This document shows positions 57,188 through 64,000 of a stretch of DNA of 64,000 bases, piece after piece. The position numbers and the translations under genes are program-made. Where the stretch lies: NCBI GenBank assembly GCA_009692205.1, contig SHZR01000004.1, positions 48,635 through 112,634 of the forward strand, read 5' to 3'. How positions within the stretch are numbered: position 1 is the stretch's first letter; each line of letters starts with the position of its first letter. The notes under the pieces are model-generated. The model was given only the letters and a program-made list of their open reading frames with translations, was not told the origin of the DNA and did no database searches. Source of the DNA: Gemmatimonadota bacterium (GTDB taxonomy: Bacteria; Gemmatimonadota; Gemmatimonadetes; Longimicrobiales; Gaopeijiaceae).

Positions 57188-58714
57188 GTGAGGTCCTGGA
57201 TCGCCCGCCTCGGTGTGTTCGCACTGGCCATCGGCGCCGTGGGCTGCGCGGAGCCGGTCGAGCGCGACCGCGTGCTCATCCTCGTCGTCGACGGGCTCCG
57301 GCCGGACTACGTGACCGAGGAGATCATGCCCCGGCTCAACGCGCTCGCGCGGGAGGGCTTCCGAGGCCTCGCGCACCACGCGGTCTTTCCCACCGTCACG
57401 CGCGTGAACGGACCATCCATCTTCACCGGGCGGTTGCCGGGCGGGCATGGGCTCCTCGGCAACTCGGTGTACCTGCCGGAGGTCGAGCCTTCGCGCACGC
57501 TCAATGCGTCGGTCGCGGCCGACCTACGGTTGATCGACGAGGCGACGAACGGCGTGCTGCTGACGGCGCCCTCGCTGGGTGAGTTGCTCACCGAGCGGGG
57601 CTTCACGTACTTCGCCGCATCGTCGGGGTCGAGCGGCTCAGGCCTGCTCATGAACCACACCGGCGCTGGGGCGGGCCTCGTGCACTACGAGTTCACCCTT
57701 CCCGACTCGCTCGCGCCCATCGTCGCCGAGGTGGTCGAACCCGTCCCCGAGATTTCCGAGGGATCGAACGCCGTGCCCCTCGCCGCGTGGGCGATCGACG
57801 TCCTCCTGCGCATCGGCGTCGACCGCGCGGATGCCGACGTCCTGGCGCTTTGGCTCACCGAGCCGGACGGTATCGCGCACTCCGATGGCATCGGCTCGCC
57901 GGCCATGCGCGAGGCGCTCCGCCAGCTGGACGTGGAGATCGGCCGCTTGCTCGACGGACTCGCCGAGCGCGGGCTGCTTGAGCACACCAACATCCTGGTG
58001 ACCTCCGACCACGGGTTCTCGACGCACAACGGCGAGATCTCGGTCAACCAGCTCCTCGTGAACGCCGGGCTCAAGGAGTCCGCGCAGTCGACGGACGTCG
58101 TGGTCGCAGGAGACGCGATCCACGTCCGCGAAGGTGGCCAGGCGCGCGTGGACGCGATCGTGAGGCTCCTCCAGCAGACCGACTGGATCGGTCCGGTGTT
58201 CACTCGCGGGACTGAACCGGATGCCGTGCTCGGTGCCTACACCGGAACGGTGTCCTTCCAGGCGATCGGGTGGGACCACGCGCGCTCGGCCGACATCCTG
58301 ACGAGCGCCGGATGGAGCGATCTCGAGAACGAGTTCGGGTGGCGCGGCGAGGTGCTCACGACGGGCACGGCGGGCCACGGGAGCTCGAGCCCGTGGGATG
58401 TGCGCGCGACGTTCATCGCCGCCGGACCGGGCATCAAGCGCAACGTGCTCTCGCCGGTGTCCACCGGGAACATCGACATCCTCCCGACGACGCTCGCGCT
58501 GCTCGGCCAGCCCGTGCCCGCGGGGCTCGACGGCCGCGTGCTCTCGGAGGTGCTCACGACCGGACCTCAGCCGGGCGAGGTCTCGTTCGCAGAGGACCCC
58601 ATCAGCACGTCGGTCGAGCTCGGCGCCATGGTCTACGAGCTCACCTTGCACCGCACACGTGTCGGCTCGACGGTCTACTTCGACGGCACGGACGTCACAC
58701 GGAGGCCGCGCTAG
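57188..58714 (+). CDS. Exported nucleotide pyrophosphatase/phosphodiesterase (alkaline-phosphatase superfamily) lipoprotein
   Basis: The GTG at 57188 lies 7 nt after AGGAGA and gives (M)RSWIARLGVFALAIGAVGC (lipobox). LILVVDGLRPDY...FPTVTRVNGPSIFTG...VTSDHGF. ATGs at 57080 and 57152 are alternative starts. Confidence 0.8.
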   Translation: MRSWIARLGVFALAIGAVGCAEPVERDRVLILVVDGLRPDYVTEEIMPRLNALAREGFRGLAHHAVFPTVTRVNGPSIFTGRLPGGHGLLGNSVYLPEVEPSRTLNASVAADLRLIDEATNGVLLTAPSLGELLTERGFTYFAASSGSSGSGLLMNHTGAGAGLVHYEFTLPDSLAPIVAEVVEPVPEISEGSNAVPLAAWAIDVLLRIGVDRADADVLALWLTEPDGIAHSDGIGSPAMREALRQLDVEIGRLLDGLAERGLLEHTNILVTSDHGFSTHNGEISVNQLLVNAGLKESAQSTDVVVAGDAIHVREGGQARVDAIVRLLQQTDWIGPVFTRGTEPDAVLGAYTGTVSFQAIGWDHARSADILTSAGWSDLENEFGWRGEVLTTGTAGHGSSSPWDVRATFIAAGPGIKRNVLSPVSTGNIDILPTTLALLGQPVPAGLDGRVLSEVLTTGPQPGEVSFAEDPISTSVELGAMVYELTLHRTRVGSTVYFDGTDVTRRPR

Positions 58715-59529
58715 ACCCGTAGCTCTCCGCCGTTCACGTGGAACGTCTGGCCCGTGATGTAGCTCGACTCCTCGGACGACAGGAACGCGTAGGTGTTCGC
58801 GAGCTCCTGATCGAGCCCGATCCGGCCGAGCGGGATGCGTGCCACGTTGGGAGTCGCGAGATACGCGCCGGGAACGACGTGGTTCACGAGGATGTTGTGC
58901 GGCGCGAGTTCGACTGCCAGCGCGCGCGTCATGCCGACGGCGCCCATCTTCGAGGCGCACACGTGCGCCCAGTTGGCTTGGCCGTGCCATGAGTTCGTGC
59001 CCGAGATGGTAATGATGCGTCCCCAGCGGTTGGCGATCATGCTTGGGATGACCGCCCGGGAGCAGAAGAACGGTCCGTCGAAGTTCACCGCGGCGGCGTT
59101 GCGCCACTCTTCGGTGGTCATCTCCGTGATGGGGCGTCCCCCGCGGAAGCCCGCGTTGTTGATGAGGATGTCGATCCTCCCGAGCTGCCGGAGCGCATCG
59201 GCCACCATGCGATTCACCTGATCCTCGACACCGACATCGGCCAGGAGTGCGATGGCGCGCACGCCGAAGCCTCGTGCCTCTTCGGCCACGCTCTCGGCCT
59301 CCGCGCGGTTGGAGCGGGCGTTGACGATCACATCCGCGCCGCGGCGGGCGAGTTCCAGCGCCGTCGTGCCGCCCAGGTTCCGGCCGGAGCCCGTCACCAG
59401 CGCAACTTTGCCCTCCACGCTGCGGCGAACCGGGGCGGCCTCCGGGCCGACGACCGGCACTGCCATCGCGGCGCCCATCGCGCCGAGCGCGGTCCTGCGA
59501 GAGACGTGGGTGGGGTTGCTCGTGTCCAT
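58711..59529 (-). CDS. TAT-signal SDR-family oxidoreductase
   Basis: VSRRTALGAMGAAMAVPVVG twin-arginine signal. VALVTGSGRNLGG, LINNAG and a FabG-like core. AAGGAG lies before the ATG. Confidence 0.8.
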   Translation of the reverse strand: MDTSNPTHVSRRTALGAMGAAMAVPVVGPEAAPVRRSVEGKVALVTGSGRNLGGTTALELARRGADVIVNARSNRAEAESVAEEARGFGVRAIALLADVGVEDQVNRMVADALRQLGRIDILINNAGFRGGRPITEMTTEEWRNAAAVNFDGPFFCSRAVIPSMIANRWGRIITISGTNSWHGQANWAHVCASKMGAVGMTRALAVELAPHNILVNHVVPGAYLATPNVARIPLGRIGLDQELANTYAFLSSEESSYITGQTFHVNGGELRV

Positions 59530-59542
59530 GGCTGGACTCCTT

Positions 59543-59564
59543 GCGGCTGATTCGCGGCTGATTC
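59543..59564. repeat. Perfect 11-nt tandem duplication (GCGGCTGATTC x2) in the 5' leader of the SDR gene
   Basis: Positions 59543-59553 equal 59554-59564. The repeat sits 13 nt upstream of the minus-strand ATG (59529), next to its AAGGAG. Confidence 0.95.
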
Positions 59565-59676
59565 CGTGCGGGCTGGCAATCTACTGTCGCTGCGCCCGCG
59601 TCGCCGGGCGCGCTTGCCCGAGGACCGGACGGGGTCCATGGTGGGCCCCGGGACGTCCCTTCAGACAGGGGTCAGG

Positions 59677-60150
59677 ATGCGGATGAGCCGTGGGTGGTCG
59701 TCGGTGCTCGCCACATGGAGCGTCGCACTCGTGTGCGTCGCGCCGATCGCGGCGCAGGACGCCGGAAGCTATTCGCGCTCGAGCACGGGCACGCGGGAGT
59801 TGACGCTCGGGAGCGGCACCGTGATCAAGATGCTTCTCGACGCGTCGAACCTCGGCAGCGGGGAGATCGAGGTCGCCGAGATCACGTTTCCGGCGGGGGC
59901 ACTGAACCCGTCGGCGGGGCACCGCCACGGCGCGACCGAGATCTTCTATGTGATCGAGGGCGTGCTCGGCCACGTGGTCAACGGAACCGAGCACCGGATC
60001 GAGCCGGGTATGGTCGCCGTGGTGAAGCCGACCGACGAGATCATGCACCGCGTTCTCGAAGGACCCGTGAAGGCCGTCGTCATCTGGGTGCCGGGAGGGG
60101 AGGGGAACCGCATCCAACCGGCGGAGAACTGGCGGCCGCTCGGGGGCTGA
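59677..60150 (+). CDS. Exported cupin-domain protein
   Basis: The ATG at 59677 gives MRMSRGWSSVLATWSVALVCVAPIAAQ. GHRHGATEIFYVIEGVLGHVVNGTEHRIEPG is a cupin motif. Confidence 0.75.
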   Translation: MRMSRGWSSVLATWSVALVCVAPIAAQDAGSYSRSSTGTRELTLGSGTVIKMLLDASNLGSGEIEVAEITFPAGALNPSAGHRHGATEIFYVIEGVLGHVVNGTEHRIEPGMVAVVKPTDEIMHRVLEGPVKAVVIWVPGGEGNRIQPAENWRPLGG

Positions 60151-60162
60151 GGGGCGACGGGT

Positions 60163-62253
60163 CTACGGACGGCCCCACAGAGTCGCCATCGCTTCGTCGT
60201 AGGGAGCGAGCAGGGGCGGCCCGCCGGTCATCGCCGGGTACGCCAGCACCTGCGGCATGCGTCCGGGGAAGCTCGCAAGCACGATTTCATTGCGCGCGGG
60301 TCCCAGGTCACGCACGAACATGGGCGCGCCCCCTTCGAGCCCGGGTAGGTCGCCCTGCCAGAGGAGCGGCGCGAGCGCGACCGATCCGAAGCGGTCCGCC
60401 ATGAGTTCGCGCACGCACGCTTCCGGCCACGGAGTTCCCTCGCCTCGCCATACCACGGAGCCGCGCGGCGTCTGGAGCGCGGCCAGACCGTCCGGCGGTG
60501 TGGGCGTCTGCTCTCCGTCGATCGCGGGGAGGCTCGCGGCCGGGACTCCCGCCAACCGCGCCAGCGCGTACTCGTGGAGCCGGCACGTGTCGTTCCGGCG
60601 CACGATGGCTTGGATGGAATCGGCGCGCATGCCCGACGCCTGCAGCATGGCCGCCAGACGCTCGTCCCACGCGGCGTGCACGAACACGAGCGCGCCGTCG
60701 GCCGCTCCCTCGGGGATCGTGATGCGCGTGAGCGTCTCCGCGGGCCACGCGTGCGAGCGCATGCGGGTCGGCACGAGAGCGACCGCCGCCACGAGCAGTG
60801 TCGTTGCCACGCCCCAGCGCACCCCCGCCCGGAGCGCGGGCCCCGCGCGCTCGTGCGCGTCCGCGACGGCGAGGACCGCGAGGAGGATCCAAGCGGGCGT
60901 GGCCTCGAAGTGCATCCTTGGTGCGTGTAACCAGTAGATCGCCTGCGCGAAGACGGGGAGAAGCGCCCACGCCGCGACCACCGACACGCCGGACGCGAGC
61001 CGCGAAGCCAGCGCGAGGTACGCGGCCGCGACCAGGACGAGTGACACGGGCGTCTCGAGGAGCATCGCGCCGAACTGGGTCACATCGGACGCCGAGTACG
61101 CGACCGCCTCCCGCAGCCCGTACGGGAACGACCACGGATCCGCGTGGAGGCCGAGGCCGTGCGCGGGTCCGTTCAGCGCAGCGTAGCCGAGCGTGAGCGG
61201 TGAACCGAAGAGCGCGCTGTTGAACGCGAAGAGCAGGAGCGCGAACGGAATGCCGCCCACGATCCACGGCACTACGGTACGGCGAACGAGCGCGATCCCT
61301 CCGCGCTCGAGCCAGACGCCCAGCGTGAGGGTCGGCCCGAGCACGAGGCCGGTCCACGGACGGGCGAGCACCATCCCGCCGACCGCGGCGCCCGCGACGA
61401 GCGCCCACGACACGCGGCCGTCCGCGGCGCGGAGCGCCGCGTAGAGCGCCAACGCTCCGGCCGCTCCTGCGGTGACGTGCGACGGCGAGCCCGCTGCGAG
61501 GGGCAGCATGAACGGGCTCACGGCCAGGAACACAGCGGCCACGCGTCCGTGCGTGCGCCTCTCGGGCGGGAGGAGGCGGTCGAACGACGCCGCGACGAGT
61601 CCCACCATCAGGGCAAATAGCAGAGGCCCCGCCGCCCAGCGGAGTCCGACGAGCACGAACGCCGCCCATGCGAGCAGGTGGCCGGGCGGGTATTGGGAGA
61701 CCCAGCCCGCCTGCGTTACGAGCATGTTCGGGATCAGCCACGCCTCGGACGACGGCAGCATTGGACCCGCCAACATGCCGCCCGCCAGGTAGCGCGCGTG
61801 GATGAGCGCGGCCATCTCGTCCACGCCTGTGAGCAGCCGCTGCTGCAGCCCGAGTGCGACCGCGCCCGCCAGCACGGCCGCGAGACCTGCGACCCCGAGC
61901 GCGAACGTGCGCGGCGTAGGTTGCGAGAGCGCGCGGACCAGCGCGACTGCCAGGGCACTTGCCCGGCCGGGGCCGGCCGCGCTGCCCGGAACCTCCGCGC
62001 CGGTTGGAACCGCTGCGGTCTCCGCGCTTCCCGCGGTGCCTACGAGCCGTCGATGCGTGAGCACGCCCCCGATGAGGCCGACCAGCGCCACGAGGATGGA
62101 GCCCCAGAACGTGAGGCCCCAGAGAGGGTCGGCACGCGCGAGCGCGTCCGCCCCGGCGGGCCCGTTACGCTCGGGTGTGAGGAGGCGGTGGAGGGGGAGA
62201 ACGCAGAGGAGGGCGACAGCCAGTGCCGCCGCCCTCCTCATCCATGCTGCCAC
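60163..62253 (-). CDS. Polytopic membrane protein, possible GT-C-fold glycosyltransferase (ArnT/PMT-like)
   Basis: About 12 hydrophobic segments are followed by a 200-aa or so soluble C-terminal domain. An acidic motif TGVDEMAALIHARYL follows the first long TM pair, as in the GT-C first-loop DE/DD motifs. The family call is tentative. Confidence 0.5.
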   Translation of the reverse strand: MAAWMRRAAALAVALLCVLPLHRLLTPERNGPAGADALARADPLWGLTFWGSILVALVGLIGGVLTHRRLVGTAGSAETAAVPTGAEVPGSAAGPGRASALAVALVRALSQPTPRTFALGVAGLAAVLAGAVALGLQQRLLTGVDEMAALIHARYLAGGMLAGPMLPSSEAWLIPNMLVTQAGWVSQYPPGHLLAWAAFVLVGLRWAAGPLLFALMVGLVAASFDRLLPPERRTHGRVAAVFLAVSPFMLPLAAGSPSHVTAGAAGALALYAALRAADGRVSWALVAGAAVGGMVLARPWTGLVLGPTLTLGVWLERGGIALVRRTVVPWIVGGIPFALLLFAFNSALFGSPLTLGYAALNGPAHGLGLHADPWSFPYGLREAVAYSASDVTQFGAMLLETPVSLVLVAAAYLALASRLASGVSVVAAWALLPVFAQAIYWLHAPRMHFEATPAWILLAVLAVADAHERAGPALRAGVRWGVATTLLVAAVALVPTRMRSHAWPAETLTRITIPEGAADGALVFVHAAWDERLAAMLQASGMRADSIQAIVRRNDTCRLHEYALARLAGVPAASLPAIDGEQTPTPPDGLAALQTPRGSVVWRGEGTPWPEACVRELMADRFGSVALAPLLWQGDLPGLEGGAPMFVRDLGPARNEIVLASFPGRMPQVLAYPAMTGGPPLLAPYDEAMATLWGRP

Positions 62254-62274
62254 GAGCTGCAGCGTCTCGAGTGC

Positions 62275-62958
62275 TTACGGAGCCGGCGGCGGCGGTGGGG
62301 GAACGGGCCGGCACGCGAGCGGCAGCCTGAATCGCGGCTCGAAGTGGAATCCGTCTCCGCCCCACAGGAACGAGTTCCGAACTTCCAGCGTGAGCGACAC
62401 CGTCGACGTTCCGCTGTCCTCCACCTCGACCGGTGGGCAGAGCGGCACGATCGCCGTCCAACCGCCGCCCGGAGGGTTGATCGTGAGCGGCGTGTCGTTC
62501 CCGAGTACGATCTGGACCTCGGTCATGACGACGACGACCTGATCGTACGTCCCGGCCAGAAGGTCGCCATCCGGTAGCTGGATCTGGCGCCCGCCCTCGA
62601 GCCTCAGCACGTCGACCTTGACCGGCAAGTCCGTGTCCACGTTGACGAGCACGCCGTCCACGTTGCGGGCGAGGACGCTCGAGAAGGTCACGTTCGCCGT
62701 CTTGATCATCGGCCGGGGCGGCCCGTCCCCGTCCCCATGGAGGGGATCGGTCACGCCGGTGGTGGTGCCGCTGCCATCGAGTGACTCGCCCGCGGCGGGT
62801 CCGCCGACGGCCACAGCCCCGTCGCCGGAGCCGAGAACGAAGTGCACGCGGCCGTGATTCGGCGCCAACATGCTGTCGCTGCCAGCGCACGCGGCGCCTG
62901 CCAGCGCCAGCGCGAAGGCGAGCGTCAGCCTCGGATCGAACAGATGTCGTTTTCTCAT
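62275..62958 (-). CDS. DUF4382-like lipoprotein
   Basis: Lipobox LAFALALAGAAC. LPVKVDVLRLEGGRQIQLPDGDLLAGTYDQVVVVMTEVQIVL matches my memory of the family. Poly-Pro C-terminus (PPPPPPAP). Confidence 0.65.
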   Translation of the reverse strand: MRKRHLFDPRLTLAFALALAGAACAGSDSMLAPNHGRVHFVLGSGDGAVAVGGPAAGESLDGSGTTTGVTDPLHGDGDGPPRPMIKTANVTFSSVLARNVDGVLVNVDTDLPVKVDVLRLEGGRQIQLPDGDLLAGTYDQVVVVMTEVQIVLGNDTPLTINPPGGGWTAIVPLCPPVEVEDSGTSTVSLTLEVRNSFLWGGDGFHFEPRFRLPLACRPVPPPPPPAP

Positions 62959-63129
62959 GCGGTCCTCCTGAATTGAATGCCCCGCGCCTACCCAACCACA
63001 GTACCAGGGGTCCGCGGCGGATCGCCAGGCCCGGGATGGTGGTGCAACCCTCTCCGCCCCTCGCCGGGTCCTACCGTCGATGGTCCAGCCGCCGGAGGGC
63101 CGGCGGTCACACTCGTGAGGAGGTGGGGG

Positions 63130-63576
63130 ATGGGGACGATGCGGATGGTGTGGGTGGTATCGAGGCTCGGTCTCGCGGCGGCGCTCTTCGTACCCGCGGA
63201 AGCGAGGAGTCAGTCGGCGGACCCGGTTCGCGCCTCACAGATCGAGGCCGAGGCCGCACGGCTGCACCAGCAGCCGGCGACTTGGGCGGACGCGGCGAGC
63301 CTGTACCTTGCGGCGGCGGCGCTCAGGCAGCACGAGGATCCGCAGGCGCGTCAGGATCTCTTCTTGGCGGCGAACCTCCAATATCAGTTGGGCGATCTGC
63401 CCGCTGCGGTCGCCGCGCTGGAGTCGGCCGGCACGCGTGCGCTCTCCGGTGGGGACTCCGTGTTCGCTACGCAAATGTTCGCCAACGCGGCCGGGCTCGG
63501 CGAACACGAGCGCAGACTCAGGTCGAGGGTTGCCGATCTCTCGGGCGCCGCGGCACGGCAGAGGGGCCGGAGCTAG
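63130..63576 (+). CDS. Exported helical hypothetical protein
   Basis: GGTGGGGG lies before the ATG at 63130. Signal MRMVWVVSRLGLAAALFVPAEA. Ala/Leu-rich helical repeats. No family recognised. Confidence 0.5.
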   Translation: MGTMRMVWVVSRLGLAAALFVPAEARSQSADPVRASQIEAEAARLHQQPATWADAASLYLAAAALRQHEDPQARQDLFLAANLQYQLGDLPAAVAALESAGTRALSGGDSVFATQMFANAAGLGEHERRLRSRVADLSGAAARQRGRS

Positions 63577-63757
63577 ACCTCCAGGCCACGCGAGGCACCC
63601 ACCGTCCTCTCCAGGACGACGATCGCGCCTCCGGCGTCCGCCGCGGTCAGGCCCTTTCGGCGCTGCCGGAGGGGCCTTTGCCGTGGTGGCCGTTCTGGGT
63701 GCGGAGCCGCCGCCCCCGCCGTATGATCACGAGGGCCCTGACGCCTCGAGGTCGTGC

Positions 63758-64000
63758 ATGGAAGGCAGACAGCGGAACGGTGTTGCTCCGGTAGGGACGG
63801 TCCCTTCCGAGGAGCCGGAGGCGGGCCCAGGCGCGAGCGACCTCACGCGCCGCGACTTCCTCGGGGGCAGCACTGCCGCGCTCGTCGCCGCTGGCGTGGC
63901 GCCCTCGGTCGGGCACGACGCGACCGCTCCGACCGTCGTCCAGCAGGCCGTCCCCGCCGCCCCCCGCACCGCCATCCGCCTCACGGTGAACGGGGTCGAG
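63758..64000 (+). CDS. TAT-exported (2Fe-2S)-binding small subunit of a molybdo-flavoprotein aldehyde oxidoreductase (PaoA-like), 5' part only
   Basis: Not in the ORF track because it runs off the window. The ATG at 63758 gives ...LTRRDFLGGSTAALVAAGVAP...TAIRLTVNGVE. This is the usual start of the ferredoxin-like subunit (..L.VNG..). Confidence 0.6.
   Translation, partial: MEGRQRNGVAPVGTVPSEEPEAGPGASDLTRRDFLGGSTAALVAAGVAPSVGHDATAPTVVQQAVPAAPRTAIRLTVNGVE

Overview
This is a very GC-rich bacterial chromosomal segment, judged by eye and not computed. The protein families suggest a soil or sediment Gram-negative bacterium; the taxon cannot be established from the sequence alone. I support about 58 protein-coding loci, mostly by family-level recognition of the translated ORFs, GC3-rich coding signal, Shine-Dalgarno-like GGAGG/GGGAG motifs and 4-nt ATGA/GTGA start-stop overlaps. 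I recognised no rRNA, tRNA, CRISPR array, transposase or integrase.

**Content, in order along the window:**
- A partial rhodanese gene that is absent from the ORF track.
- Two VapC/PIN toxin-antitoxin cassettes.
- Many exported (Sec/TAT) redox proteins: three c-type cytochrome genes, a GMC oxidoreductase pair, a quinohemoprotein PQQ dehydrogenase, exported SDRs and a PaoA-like 2Fe-2S subunit.
- Two CBM9/DUF5916-like paralogues.
- metA.
- A MatC-like transporter / CoA-transferase / enoyl-CoA hydratase operon.
- An ECF sigma / anti-sigma / LTXXQ module.
- A transporter island with two SSS symporters, an APC permease and an embedded TonB-family gene.
- sat-cysC and ppdK.
- An AttEFGH-like ABC/lipocalin locus.

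**Most interesting observation.** The window encodes exported look-alikes of both halves of the animal peptide-amidating enzyme PAM.
- At 27528-28907, a PHM-like copper monooxygenase is fused to a CxxCH haem-c domain. The HH/H/HxH/M ligand motifs are visible.
- At 3170-4294, a PAL-like NHL propeller has three conserved His positions and a DR..GRI motif. It is apparently co-transcribed with a cytochrome c'-like gene.
- This suggests a cytochrome-driven periplasmic alpha-hydroxylation/amidation chemistry. This is a hypothesis only, because the two loci are about 24 kb apart.

**Second theme: unusually many damaged genes.** I found an in-frame TAG, a chimeric amidohydrolase, a 1-nt frameshift and two or three truncations. 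There are also several perfect short tandem micro-duplications. This could be real decay or an assembly/consensus artefact.
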